DNA of 64,000 nt from NCBI GenBank assembly GCA_963751275.1, contig CAVVTZ010000005.1, forward strand, positions 32,001-96,000, written 5' to 3'. A program made the translations under genes and the position numbers. The notes below the pieces were generated by a model, which was given only the letters and a program-made list of their open reading frames with translations, did no database searches and was not told where the DNA came from. The DNA is from an uncultured Gemmatimonadaceae bacterium. GTDB lineage: Bacteria > Gemmatimonadota > Gemmatimonadetes > Gemmatimonadales > Gemmatimonadaceae. Positions 51,323-61,551 of the stretch are shown piece by piece; the first letter of the stretch is position 1, and every line of letters starts with the position of its first letter.

Positions 51323-53210
51323 GAGAATCGGCAGGAATGGCCTTTCGGGCCGCCTTCAGGTACCCCGCCGGGCAGCCGACGATCGCCATCCAGGTGCGCG
51401 CGGTGCCATCGATCGCGCCATCCGGCGGCAGCGCCGGCTCGCCGAATTCATGGACGAATTCGCGAGCCGCGAGCGTGTCCACGAGCGGCATGCCCGGCCC
51501 CACCCGTACAGCAGACGAGTCGGCCCGCACGAACGTCAGCCCGCGGAGCATCCACTCGCCACCCGCCATCGCGCGCGTGGAAGAATCGGCGACGACGGTG
51601 AACGCGAGCGGACGCCCCCCGCCTCGCGCGTTCACGTCGAGCGAACGGAGCGGTTGCGTGCTGTCCGCGATCACGATCGCGTACCGGCGCGCGGTCTGCG
51701 CGCGATACCAGTCCTGATAGAGGAAACCCCAGAGGAGCACGGCGACATCCGGACGCTCGTGCTCCGCGATCTGCGCGTACCAGGAGAGGAACGTGTCGTC
51801 GTCCGCCGACGTGAGCAGCACGGCATTCCTGGGCGCGCCCCAGAGCATGGCGCGCGACACGGTGTGCGCCGCATCGCGCTCGACGCTCCGCGCACGGTCC
51901 ATCGCGCTCCAATTGAGCGCGAGCGGCAGCGCGGCCACCGCGACGCCCACCATGGCCGCGCGTGGCGCGAACCTCCGCGCGAGCGCCACCGCGCCGATCC
52001 CCGCCCACGCGCCCCACGTCCAGAAGGCGAGCGCGAAGAAATAGTCGCGCTCGCGCACTTCGTGCCGCACATCGGCCGGGAGGATCCCGTAGCCGAGCGA
52101 ATATCCGGGATAGAAGTTCAGATACGCGACAAGGCCAATGCTCGCGCCCACAAAGAGCACGAGGAACGCGAGCCAGCTGCGCCGGTCGAGCCGCCGGTGC
52201 GTCACCGATCCGAACACACCGAGTGCGATGAACAGCAGCGTGATCGCCGTTCTCGCGACCGCGGGCGCCGCGCGCGGCGCGAGGCTGAGCGCCACTTGCC
52301 AGTCCGCGTACTCGAAGAAGTTCACCAGCTGCAGCCACACGGGCGCGTTCCGCGGCCAGAGCGCGAACGATCCGAACTGCCGCCGCCCGATCACGTCCCA
52401 CACCGCCTGCAGTGTGCGCGGGTCGTTCTCATTGAGCGCCGGATCATGCCGCGCTCTCAGCATGAGAATGAGGCACGCGGAGAGCGCGATGACGACAGAG
52501 AGCGCCGTGCGCCAGGAGCGCGAACGCAGGACGACGCCGAGGCCTAGCACCAGGCCTGCCGTCACGATCGGCCCGCTCGCCCGCCCCATGCCGATCGCGA
52601 GCACGAATACGCCACCCAGCAGCGCCATGGTCTCCCATCGCCAGCCGCCGCCGTTCTGTCGTCCCGCGAGTACGATCGCCGCCGGCGCCGCGACGAGCGC
52701 GCTCAAGTGCATCGGCACCGCGAGCGCCATCGCGTACGCCGTGAGCGCGACCCATCTCGCATCGCCGTCGCGCCCCGCGCGCTCCGCCGCGAGCAGCATC
52801 GCCGTCGCGAGCAGCAACGCGGTGGCGTACGCCTCCGTCTCCGTGGCGCTCGACCACACGGTGCTCATCCCCCCCGCGCAGAGGGCCGCCGCGAACGCCA
52901 TCACCGCGTCCTTCGTGACGCGCGCGACGAACAGCGCGAGCGCGCCCGCCGCGAGCGCTGTCGCGAATCCGGAGAGCAGCGTGGCGGCGCGCGCCACCGG
53001 CACTGCGCCGAGCAGCACCACCCATGCGCGGCCGATGGTGATGTACAGCGGCGTCGCCGGCGGATGCGGGATCCCCCACGACGCCACCGCGGCGATGAAT
53101 TCCCCGCTGTCCCAGAAGGTGACGCCCGGCAATGCGGTGGCCCAGTACGCGGCGGCGAGCACCGCCACCGCCGCCGCAGCCGCGAGGGCCGCCGGCGACG
53201 GACGCGCTAC
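51297..53210 (-). CDS. DUF2723 / TMEM260-like polytopic membrane protein (putative GT-C glycosyltransferase); start uncertain
   Basis: VTFWDSGEFIAAV..GIPHPPATPLY, WSSATETEAY, EVRERDYFF, DDDTF, many TM helices. Confidence 0.8.
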   Translation of the reverse strand, partial: VARPSPAALAAAAAVAVLAAAYWATALPGVTFWDSGEFIAAVASWGIPHPPATPLYITIGRAWVVLLGAVPVARAATLLSGFATALAAGALALFVARVTKDAVMAFAAALCAGGMSTVWSSATETEAYATALLLATAMLLAAERAGRDGDARWVALTAYAMALAVPMHLSALVAAPAAIVLAGRQNGGGWRWETMALLGGVFVLAIGMGRASGPIVTAGLVLGLGVVLRSRSWRTALSVVIALSACLILMLRARHDPALNENDPRTLQAVWDVIGRRQFGSFALWPRNAPVWLQLVNFFEYADWQVALSLAPRAAPAVARTAITLLFIALGVFGSVTHRRLDRRSWLAFLVLFVGASIGLVAYLNFYPGYSLGYGILPADVRHEVRERDYFFALAFWTWGAWAGIGAVALARRFAPRAAMVGVAVAALPLALNWSAMDRARSVERDAAHTVSRAMLWGAPRNAVLLTSADDDTFLSWYAQIAEHERPDVAVLLWGFLYQDWYRAQTARRYAIVIADSTQPLRSLDVNARGGGRPLAFTVVADSSTRAMAGGEWMLRGLTFVRADSSAVRVGPGMPLVDTLAAREFVHEFGEPALPPDGAIDGTARTWMAIVGCPAGYLKAARKAIPADSLDSRCKFR

Positions 53211-54007
53211 GCGCGTAGCGACACCGCCGCCTGTTCGGCCGTCACGCGCGGCGTGACACCGGACAACAGGCTCCGCAACTCCTCCGGCGTCACGTCGCGG
53301 CGCAGTCGTCCATGCTCCGCCACCGACACCTGGCGCGTCTCCTCGGACACGACGATCGCGATCGCGTCGGTCTCCTCGCTCAAGCCCAGCGCGGCGCGAT
53401 GTCGCGTGCCCAGCGTGCGATCCGTCGGGTCGTTCGCCGTGAGCGGCAGGATGCAGCCCGCGCCGATGATGGTGTCGCCGCGGATGATCACCGCGCCATC
53501 GTGCAGCGGCGAGTGCGGCGTGAAGATCGTTTCGAGCAGTCCCGCGGAGACCCGCGCGAGCACCGGCGTGCCCGTCAGCGCGTAATCGCCCAACCGCACC
53601 CCGCGCTCCACCGCGATCAGCGCGCCCGTGCCGGACTTGGCCAGCCGCTCCACCGCATCGGTCACCTGCGTCGCGATCTGGGTCGTCGCACGGCGGCGCA
53701 GCAATCGCATGGCGCGCGACTGCCCCAGATGCGCCAGCGCCGCGCGCAATTCGGGCTGGAAGAGCACGAGCGCCGCGAACGCACCGTACGTGAAGACGAT
53801 CCCCAGTAGATAGGTGATCATCGTCAGCTTGAAGATCCAGGCGAACGCGTACGCGAGCACCAACACGACGATCCCCACCAGCATCTGCAGCGCGCGCGTG
53901 CCCTCGAACAGCAGCAGCAGCCGGTAGATCACGAGCGCCGCGACACCGATCTCGATCAGGTCGCGCCAGCTGAAGCTCAGAAAGCGCAGCATCGCGAATC
54001 CGCTCAC
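53207..54007 (-). CDS. cdaA: Membrane diadenylate cyclase CdaA/DacA
   Basis: 3 TM helices, FQPELR, SPLHDGA and LGTRHRAA catalytic motifs, VSEETR. Confidence 0.92.
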   Translation of the reverse strand: MSGFAMLRFLSFSWRDLIEIGVAALVIYRLLLLFEGTRALQMLVGIVVLVLAYAFAWIFKLTMITYLLGIVFTYGAFAALVLFQPELRAALAHLGQSRAMRLLRRRATTQIATQVTDAVERLAKSGTGALIAVERGVRLGDYALTGTPVLARVSAGLLETIFTPHSPLHDGAVIIRGDTIIGAGCILPLTANDPTDRTLGTRHRAALGLSEETDAIAIVVSEETRQVSVAEHGRLRRDVTPEELRSLLSGVTPRVTAEQAAVSLRA

Positions 54008-54876
54008 GCGCCGCCCCCCGCCTGCAGCACTGACCACGCCACGTCCAGTGCGCGGCGCGCCGCGAGCACGTCGTGCACGCGGAACACACGCGCCCCCGCG
54101 GCCAGGCCGAGCACGTTCACGGCGTTGGTGCCCTCCGCGCGCTGCGACGGATCATCACCCGGCGTGCCCACCACGCGCTTGCGCGACACGCCGAGCACGA
54201 GCGGATAGCCCAGCGCCGCGAACTCGCGCAGATGCGCGAGCAGCGCCAGCGAGTGCTCGGGGCGCTTCGAGAATCCGATGCCGGGATCCACCGCGATCGC
54301 CGTCGCCGCCACGCCCGCGCGCTCGGCGAGCGCCACGCGCGCGACCAGCTCGCCGATCACCTCGGTCACCACGCGGTCGTAATGCGCGTGCTCGTACGTG
54401 GACATGTCGCTCACGGTGCCGCGCGAATGCATCACGATCACGCCGGCGCCGCTCTTCGCGCATACGTCCGCCATGCGCTTGTCCAACCGCAGCCCCGACA
54501 CGTCGTTCACGATGTCCGCGCCGGCGGCGAGCGACGCCTCCGCGACATCCGCCTTCACCGTGTCCACCGAGAGCGGCAGATCGGGGAATCGCGCCCGCAC
54601 GCGCTCGATCACCGGCAGCACGCGCTGCGATTCCTCCGCGGCGCTCACGGCCTTCGCTCCCTGCGGCCGCGTACTCTCGCCGCCGATGTCGAGCATGTCG
54701 GCGCCCTCCGCCACCATCCGCCCGGCGTGCGCGAGCGCGGCGTCGGGCGCGAGGAAAGTCCCGCCGTCGCTGAAGCTGTCCGGCGTCACGTTGAGGATCC
54801 CGAGAATGAACGGCCGGTCGAGGCGGAGCGCGCGGCCGCGCATGACCCAGGCCGCGCGCTCGCCCACGTGCGTCAC
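54004..54876 (-). CDS. folP: Dihydropteroate synthase
   Basis: GILNVTPDSFSDGG, DIGGESTRP, DPGIGF, GVSRK, RVHDV. Confidence 0.95.
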   Translation of the reverse strand: MTHVGERAAWVMRGRALRLDRPFILGILNVTPDSFSDGGTFLAPDAALAHAGRMVAEGADMLDIGGESTRPQGAKAVSAAEESQRVLPVIERVRARFPDLPLSVDTVKADVAEASLAAGADIVNDVSGLRLDKRMADVCAKSGAGVIVMHSRGTVSDMSTYEHAHYDRVVTEVIGELVARVALAERAGVAATAIAVDPGIGFSKRPEHSLALLAHLREFAALGYPLVLGVSRKRVVGTPGDDPSQRAEGTNAVNVLGLAAGARVFRVHDVLAARRALDVAWSVLQAGGGA

Positions 54877-56876
54877 GCGGGCGCGACCTCGGGGCCGCCG
54901 AGCAGCCCGGGCTTGGGCTTCGCCACGATGGGAGCCGCCGGCGGTGCGGCCGACACCGGTCCCGCCGGCCGCGGCGGCAGCGGCGGCAACATGCCGCCCT
55001 TCACGAGGATCTCGATGTCCTCGCTCGTGAGCGTCTCGCGCTCCAGCAGCGCCTCCGCCATGCGGCGGTGGAGATCCGCGTTCTCCGTGAGCACGCGGCG
55101 CGCGCGCTCGTACGCCTCGCCGAGCAGACGCGTCACCTCGGCGTCCACGATCTGCGCCGTCTTCTCCGACACCTCGCGCCGATGCCCCATGTCGCGGCCG
55201 AGGAAGACTTCCTGTTCGTTGTCGCCCACGAGGATCGGGCCGATCGCCTCGGAAAGTCCCCACTGGCTCACATAGCGCCGTGCGAGCGACGTCACCATCT
55301 GGATGTCGCTCTGCGCGCCGGTGGTCACGTTGTCCTGGCCGAAGGTGAGTTCCTCCGCCACGCGGCCGCCGTAGCCCATGACCATCCGCGCGAGCAGCTG
55401 CTTCCGCGAGATGGAGTAGCGATCCTCGGACGGCAGCGTGACCGCCACGCCGAGCGCGCGCCCGCGCGGCATGATCGTGACCTTGTGCATCGGGTCGTTG
55501 CCCGGCGTCATGATCGCGCACACCGCGTGCCCCGCTTCGTGGTACGCGGTCATCTTCTTCGTCTCGGCGTTCATCACCATCGACTTGCGCTCGGCGCCGA
55601 GCATGACCTTGTCCTTCGCTTCCTCGAGATCGGCCGGGTACACCTTGTCGTGATTGTGCCGCGCCGCGAGCAGCGCCGCTTCGTTCACGAGGTTCGCCAG
55701 ATCGGCGCCCGACATGCCGGGCGTGCCCCGCGCGATGATGCCCACTTCCACATCCTCGCTCACCGGCACCTTGCGCAGATGCACCTTCAGGATCTCCTCG
55801 CGGCCGCGCAGGTCGGGGAGATCCACGATCACCTGGCGGTCGAAGCGTCCCGGGCGCAGCAGCGCGGGATCGAGCACATCGGGGCGGTTGGTGGCCGCGA
55901 TGAGGATCACGCCTTCGTTCGACTCGAAGCCGTCCATTTCCACGAGCAGCTGGTTGAGCGTCTGCTCGCGTTCGTCGTGCCCGCCGCCGAGTCCGGCGCC
56001 GCGATGCCGGCCCACCGCGTCGATCTCATCGATGAAGATGATGCACGGCGCGTGTGCCTTCCCCTGCTCGAACAGGTCGCGCACGCGGCTCGCGCCGACG
56101 CCCACGAACATCTCGACGAAATCGGATCCCGACATGGAGAAGAACGGCCGCCCCGCTTCGCCGGCCACGGCGCGCGCGAGCAGCGTCTTGCCCGTGCCCG
56201 GCGATCCGACGAGCAGCACGCCCTTGGGCAGGCGGCCGCCGAGCCGCGTGAACTTCTGCGGATCCTTCAGGAACTCGATGATCTCCTGCAGCTCTTCCTT
56301 CGCCTCTTCCACGCCCGCGACATCGAGGAAGGTGACCTTCGGCGACTCGCCGCTGAGCAGCTTCGCCTTGCTCTTCCCGAAGCTGAACGCCTTCGCGCCT
56401 CCCGCCTGCATCTGGCGGATGATGTAGATCCAGAGGCCGAACATCAGCAGGATCGCGAGCGGCATCAGGTACGTGCCGATCCCCTGGCGCCCTTCGGCCG
56501 AGCGCACGCTCACGTTCTTGTTGCGGAGCCGCTCGGATTCCTTGGGATCGTTCGCCACCGGCAGCCGCACGATGAACTTCGACACATCGCGCGCCGCCAC
56601 CTTGTCGTGCGCGGGCACGTGCACCTTCGTGCGGAAATCGCCGGTGATCAGCTTGCCGTCCTCGATCGTCACGGCGCTGATGTTATCGGCGTCGAGCTGC
56701 TGACTGTACGTCGAATAGTCGACCTCGGTCGCGGTCTCGCGGCTCGCCCAGCTCCACTGGTAGAGCACGATGGCGACGATGACCATGAGCAGCCAGAACG
56801 AGAGCGTCTTGGAGAAACGCCCCCAATCGAAATCGCGGGAGGGTGGTGTGCGCGGAGTTGGTGTGCGGTCGGCCAT
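54873..56876 (-). CDS. ftsH: ATP-dependent zinc metalloprotease FtsH
   Basis: 2 TM helices, [29 protein letters not shown]. Confidence 0.98.
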   Translation of the reverse strand: MADRTPTPRTPPSRDFDWGRFSKTLSFWLLMVIVAIVLYQWSWASRETATEVDYSTYSQQLDADNISAVTIEDGKLITGDFRTKVHVPAHDKVAARDVSKFIVRLPVANDPKESERLRNKNVSVRSAEGRQGIGTYLMPLAILLMFGLWIYIIRQMQAGGAKAFSFGKSKAKLLSGESPKVTFLDVAGVEEAKEELQEIIEFLKDPQKFTRLGGRLPKGVLLVGSPGTGKTLLARAVAGEAGRPFFSMSGSDFVEMFVGVGASRVRDLFEQGKAHAPCIIFIDEIDAVGRHRGAGLGGGHDEREQTLNQLLVEMDGFESNEGVILIAATNRPDVLDPALLRPGRFDRQVIVDLPDLRGREEILKVHLRKVPVSEDVEVGIIARGTPGMSGADLANLVNEAALLAARHNHDKVYPADLEEAKDKVMLGAERKSMVMNAETKKMTAYHEAGHAVCAIMTPGNDPMHKVTIMPRGRALGVAVTLPSEDRYSISRKQLLARMVMGYGGRVAEELTFGQDNVTTGAQSDIQMVTSLARRYVSQWGLSEAIGPILVGDNEQEVFLGRDMGHRREVSEKTAQIVDAEVTRLLGEAYERARRVLTENADLHRRMAEALLERETLTSEDIEILVKGGMLPPLPPRPAGPVSAAPPAAPIVAKPKPGLLGGPEVAPA

Positions 56877-57430
56877 TACTTCAGACTCGCGATATAGGGC
56901 AAGTGACGGAAATCCTCAGCGTGATCCAGCCCGTAGCCCACGAGGAACTCGTTGGGTGCATCGAACCCCACGTAGCGCACAGGGTGCCGCAGGTGCTCGG
57001 CGATGTGCTTGTGGAGCAGCGCGCAGATCGCCAGCGATTTGGGCTGGCGGGTGGCGAGCCGGTCCCACAGGACGCCGATGGTACGCCCTGAATCTACTAT
57101 GTCTTCCACCAAAATGATGTGCTTTCCCGACAAATCGGTCTCGGGGTCGTAGACCATTTGGACGTCACCGCTGGATGCCATGGCGTGGCCATAGCTCGAC
57201 GCGACGACGAAATCGACCTGGATGGGCCGGTGAATCTCGCGCACGAGGTCGCCGAGGAAGATGAAGCTCCCCTTGAGCAGCCCCAGCACGAGCAGCGGAC
57301 TGTCCGGATAGTCGGCCGTGATCGCGGCGCCCAGTTCGCGCACACGATGCGCGATCGCCGGCGCATCGTAGACGATCCGGCGCACGGCACGGCCAGCGAG
57401 ACGGGGATCAGCGGTCGTCGAGAGGTTCAC
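56876..57430 (-). CDS. hpt: Hypoxanthine phosphoribosyltransferase
   Basis: LLKGSFIF, ILVEDIVDSGRT, FLVGYGLD. tilS-hpt-ftsH synteny. Confidence 0.94.
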   Translation of the reverse strand: MNLSTTADPRLAGRAVRRIVYDAPAIAHRVRELGAAITADYPDSPLLVLGLLKGSFIFLGDLVREIHRPIQVDFVVASSYGHAMASSGDVQMVYDPETDLSGKHIILVEDIVDSGRTIGVLWDRLATRQPKSLAICALLHKHIAEHLRHPVRYVGFDAPNEFLVGYGLDHAEDFRHLPYIASLK

Positions 57431-58703
57431 AGAAGTATCGCACCACCGGCCGTCCGGACCGGGCGGTCGCCGCGAGACTGCGGCGTACTCCGGGGATCCA
57501 TACGATCTCCTCGCCGGCGAGCACCACCGGCCAACCCGCGCGGCGGCCGGCATTGATGCCGGCGTCGCGCAGCAACCCCTTCACCTTGCGCGGCGCATCG
57601 GCGCCCAGCGGCGTCATCCGGTCGCCCGGCCGCCACGGCCGCGCTACGAGAGAAACCCCCAAGGGCAGCTCCGCGTTCCAGAGCGAGTCGCCGCCATCCG
57701 CCGCGCGGCGGAATCGCCACCCACCCATCGCGATCGCATCGCCCGCGAGCGGTACCTGCCGTCCGCCGTCCACCGTCGCCCGTGCTGTTCGGAGCACTAC
57801 CGTTCCGCGATGCAGGAGCGCCTCGAATCCACCGGACAACTGGATCCGTGCACCCGCCTTCCCCTCGCGCGTCAGCGCCGCGAGGCGCCCGGCACCCCGC
57901 CGGTCCAGCGCGATGCCGCTCCGCGCGGCGATGGCCGGCCAGAGCAAGGCGAGTCCTTTCGCATCATAGCGGACAAGCGGATCGCGGGCAACCAGCGTGA
58001 CGCGTCCATCCGACGTCACCGGCAGCACGTTCGCGGCGAAGTGCTCCACCTCGCGGCGGAGTTCCGCGGCGCGCTCCGAGAGCCGCAGCATGTCGAGCGA
58101 GAAGCCCGGCCGCGCACGCTCGAGTGCGGGGCGCAGATCCAGGCGGATCCGGTTGCGCAGATGGCGGCGCGAGACGTTCGTCGGATCCTCCATCCACCGC
58201 AGGTCGTGGGAGCGTGCGTACGCGAGCACCGCCTCCCCGTCGCACACGAGGAGCGGACGCAGCACGGGCGATTCGGCGTACAACCCGGCGAGACCGCGCG
58301 CGCCGCTGCCGCGCAGGATGCGCATGAGCACGGTCTCGATCTGATCCTCTCGCGTATGCGCGGTGGTCACCGCTGCGCCGAGCTCCGCGGCCACGCTGCG
58401 CAGGAACGCCCACCGCGCGGCGCGCCACGCCGCTTCCGTGCGCGCCGCGGCCTTCGCGCGGCCGCGCCGCACTGGCAGCCCCAGCGCCTTCGCCTCGCGC
58501 GCGACCATCTCGGCTGCCCGCGTCGCCGCGGCGCCGGTGCCGTGATCGAAGGTCGCGACCGCCGTCACGAGGCTGGGATGTTCGCGCGCCATCGCCTGCA
58601 TCAGCACCATTGAATCCCGCCCGCCCGAGATCGCGAGCACGACCGGCGCGCCGGGCGCGAACCGGCCGATCGCCTCCTCCACTGTCCGTCGCGAGTCGGT
58701 CAC
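57408..58703 (-). CDS. tilS: tRNA(Ile)-lysidine synthase
   Basis: SGGRDS PP-loop, TAHTREDQIET, EDPTN..RNRIR, C-terminal WRPGDR...EIVWIPG. Confidence 0.93.
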   Translation of the reverse strand: MTDSRRTVEEAIGRFAPGAPVVLAISGGRDSMVLMQAMAREHPSLVTAVATFDHGTGAAATRAAEMVAREAKALGLPVRRGRAKAAARTEAAWRAARWAFLRSVAAELGAAVTTAHTREDQIETVLMRILRGSGARGLAGLYAESPVLRPLLVCDGEAVLAYARSHDLRWMEDPTNVSRRHLRNRIRLDLRPALERARPGFSLDMLRLSERAAELRREVEHFAANVLPVTSDGRVTLVARDPLVRYDAKGLALLWPAIAARSGIALDRRGAGRLAALTREGKAGARIQLSGGFEALLHRGTVVLRTARATVDGGRQVPLAGDAIAMGGWRFRRAADGGDSLWNAELPLGVSLVARPWRPGDRMTPLGADAPRKVKGLLRDAGINAGRRAGWPVVLAGEEIVWIPGVRRSLAATARSGRPVVRYFCEPLDDR

Positions 58704-58819
58704 AACTACCAACCTACGCGCTCCACCCCTCCCGCTCCACTGGCGCGGCAATGCCATCCAACCCTACATTTCCCCCGTCGGTATCGAAGCCATCTTCCGT
58801 CAGCCTCCTCTCCGTGGAT

Positions 58820-59002
58820 ATGGAAACTTCCGGCACGCTTGGCACACTGTGGGTCGGTCTCGGCCTCGGCGGATTCTACATCGCGCTCATCTGGGTGAAC
58901 ACGCTCCTCGGCATGGTGCTGACCCCGCTTTTCCTGCTGCCCGCCACCTTCTTGATGGACAAGAAGAAGAAGGCCGGATCGGCCGCGCCCGGAAAGCACT
59001 GA
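58820..59002 (+). CDS. Small 60-aa membrane protein
   Basis: METSGTLGTLWVGLGLGGFYIALIWVNTLLGMVLTPLFLLPATFLMDKKKK...: hydrophobic hairpin plus basic tail, GC-rich third codon positions. Confidence 0.6.
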   Translation: METSGTLGTLWVGLGLGGFYIALIWVNTLLGMVLTPLFLLPATFLMDKKKKAGSAAPGKH

Positions 59003-59095
59003 CACCACCGCCACCGCGATTCTCGTAGTGCATAGCGGGGCGGGCGTTACTGTCCGCCCCGTTCGTCGTTTTCTACCCAACCGGCACAGGAGCGC

Positions 59096-59698
59096 ATGCG
59101 CATGCTGATCCTCATCGGCGTCATCGTCATCGTCGGTTTCTGGTTCGTCAGCGCCTACAACGGGCTGATCTCGCTCAAGAACCAGGTGGCCAACGCGTGG
59201 AAGCAGATCGACGTCCAGCTCAAACGGCGGCATGATCTCATTCCGAACCTCATCGAGTCCGTGAAGGGCGCGATGAATTTCGAGAAGTCCACGCTCGAGG
59301 CGGTCGTCCAGGCGCGCAACACGGCGATCGCGGCCGGCACGGGCGGCGGCGCGGGGCTCCCGAACGCCCAGCAGGTGCAGCAGACCGCCGCCGCCGAGGG
59401 GCAGCTCACCGGCGCGCTCGGCCGCCTGTTCGCCGTGGTGGAAGCCTACCCCGATCTCAAGGCGACCGGGAACATCAAGGCGCTCCAGGAGGAGCTGACG
59501 AGCACCGAGAACAAGATCGCGTTCTCGCGCCAGCTCTACAATGACACGGCCACCGAGTACAACACCAAGCAGCAGCAGTTCCCGACGAGCCTCGTGGCGG
59601 GGATGGCCGGCGCGAGCGCGGCGTCGCTGTGGGAGATCACGGACGCGGCGGAGCGCGAGGTGGTGAAGGTCGATCTGGGGATGAATCCCAAGTCGTGA
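59096..59698 (+). CDS. lemA: LemA family protein
   Basis: YNGL..AWKQIDVQLKRRHDLIPNL, EAYPDLKA, STENKIAFSRQLYN. AGGAG Shine-Dalgarno. Confidence 0.95.
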   Translation: MRMLILIGVIVIVGFWFVSAYNGLISLKNQVANAWKQIDVQLKRRHDLIPNLIESVKGAMNFEKSTLEAVVQARNTAIAAGTGGGAGLPNAQQVQQTAAAEGQLTGALGRLFAVVEAYPDLKATGNIKALQEELTSTENKIAFSRQLYNDTATEYNTKQQQFPTSLVAGMAGASAASLWEITDAAEREVVKVDLGMNPKS

Positions 59699-60741
59699 GC
59701 GACGAACCGGTCAATCTCTTCGCCCAGCAGGCCGCGAACCGCCGGCGGTCCAAGTGGCTGGTGATCTGGTTCGTGATGTTCTTCCTCTGGCTCGGCTTCG
59801 GCGCCGACGCCATCCAGTACTGGATGGCGAAGAGCGCGCATCCCGACCGGCCGGCGCATTTCTCGCCGGTGTTCGGGATCATCCTCGGCTTGATCGCGAT
59901 GGCCTTCGCGTGGTCGGCGTGGAAGAACGGACCGCGGCGCGTGCTGGCCGCCACCAACGCGCGCGAAGTCATCGATCCGCAGACGCCCGAGGAGAAACAG
60001 CTGGTGAACGTCGTGGAAGAGATGGCCGTCGCGTCGGGCATCCCGCGGCCGCGCATCTGGATCGTGCCGGATCCGGATCCCAACGCGTTCGCGACGGGGC
60101 ACGATGAGCAGGGCGCCAACATCGCGGTGACGCAGGGGCTGCTCGGCACGCTCTCACGCGATGAGCTGCAGGCGGTGATCGGTCACGAGATGGGCCACAT
60201 CAAGAATCTCGACGTGCGGCTGATGACCCTGCTCGCCGCGTTGGTTGGCGCGATCGCGCTCGTGGCGCAGGGATCCATGCGCATGGGGATCCTGCCGGGC
60301 GGCAGCAGCGGCAGCCGCGACCGGAATGACAGCAAGAGCGACAACTCCGGCCTGGGCATGATCCTGATGGTGCTCTGGGTGGTGAGCTGGATCCTGGCGC
60401 CGATCATCGTGCGCGCGCTCGCGCTGGGTGTGAGCCGTGACCGCGAGTATCTCGCCGACGCGATGAGCGCGCAGTTCACGCGCAATCCGGGTTCGCTCGC
60501 GAGCGCGCTCGAGAAGATCGACGCCGCGAGCGAGCCCACGAAGGCGATCCCGAGCGGAACGGCGCATCTCTGCATCGCCGATCCGCTCGGCCGGAGCGTG
60601 AACGACCGCCAGGGATTCCTGTCCAACGTCTTCGGCACGCACCCGCCGATCGCGATGCGCATCGCGCGGCTGAAGGCGATGGCCTACCAGGAGATGAAGC
60701 GCACCGGCACCTTCGTTCCTCCGGACGCCGCTACGGCGTGA
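59695..60741 (+). CDS. htpX: M48 family (HtpX-like) membrane metalloprotease
   Basis: PNAFATG, HEMGH, SRDREYLAD, THPP. Paired with lemA. Confidence 0.88.
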   Translation: MSDEPVNLFAQQAANRRRSKWLVIWFVMFFLWLGFGADAIQYWMAKSAHPDRPAHFSPVFGIILGLIAMAFAWSAWKNGPRRVLAATNAREVIDPQTPEEKQLVNVVEEMAVASGIPRPRIWIVPDPDPNAFATGHDEQGANIAVTQGLLGTLSRDELQAVIGHEMGHIKNLDVRLMTLLAALVGAIALVAQGSMRMGILPGGSSGSRDRNDSKSDNSGLGMILMVLWVVSWILAPIIVRALALGVSRDREYLADAMSAQFTRNPGSLASALEKIDAASEPTKAIPSGTAHLCIADPLGRSVNDRQGFLSNVFGTHPPIAMRIARLKAMAYQEMKRTGTFVPPDAATA

Positions 60742-61417
60742 GCCGGAAGCTGAACTCCTGACGGACCAGGATGCGCACGCGGTGGCCGTTGGTCGCCGCG
60801 GGAATGAAGCGCCAGGTCGATAGCGCGCGGCGCGCGGACGCCTCGAACAGATCATCGCCGCCGCTCTCGAAGGTGACGCTCGCCGGTTCCACGTGGCCAA
60901 GCGTGTCCACTACGAACCGGGCGACCACCGCGCCGGCGACGCGCAAGTTGCGCAGTATCGGCGGGTAGACAGGAGGCGCGTTGCCGCTGAGCGGATGCGC
61001 GAGCTGGTCAGCGGTCTCGTAGATGCAGTCCACGCAGCCGCTCTCGCCGGTGCCGGGGCCCGAGCCGGTGGCGCCGCCTGGTGTGCCGATCGGAAACGCG
61101 ATCGGCGGGACGTCCGGATCTGCGCCCGTGCCAATGACCGGTGTGACCGCCGGGTCCGGGATGTTCGGGATCCGGATGCAATCGACGCAGCGCGGCGGCG
61201 GCGTGCCCGGCGCGACCGCACCACGAGGCGGCGTGGGCGTGATCGGTGTGTAGATGATGCCTGTCGGCGTGACCGCAACGTGGGCATTCGCCGCCGCGGC
61301 GCCGAGCGTCGCCCACGTCACCCCGCCGATCAGGACGACGTGCGCGGCGACGCTCGCCGCCGTCCCGAACGCGCTCCGCTCGCGCGCCCGCTTCGATTCG
61401 ATCAGTCCCGTGAACAT
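60731..61417 (-). CDS. TonB-family energy transducer
   Basis: SVAAH (SxxxH) TM helix, Pro-rich linker, C-terminal PVYP...VVARFVVDTLG...WRFIPA..G. Confidence 0.85.
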   Translation of the reverse strand: MFTGLIESKRARERSAFGTAASVAAHVVLIGGVTWATLGAAAANAHVAVTPTGIIYTPITPTPPRGAVAPGTPPPRCVDCIRIPNIPDPAVTPVIGTGADPDVPPIAFPIGTPGGATGSGPGTGESGCVDCIYETADQLAHPLSGNAPPVYPPILRNLRVAGAVVARFVVDTLGHVEPASVTFESGGDDLFEASARRALSTWRFIPAATNGHRVRILVRQEFSFRLTP

Positions 61418-61551
61418 GTGCGGTCTCCCGCGCTGAGGTGTGAGTCACAGTCCCCAGTGTGAGAGTACCGCGCACGGGTTTCACCCTCGTGACGGCCGGA
61501 TTACGTGAGGCTCGCGAACGGATTACGTTCGCGTGAAGCGGCGCCGGAGCG

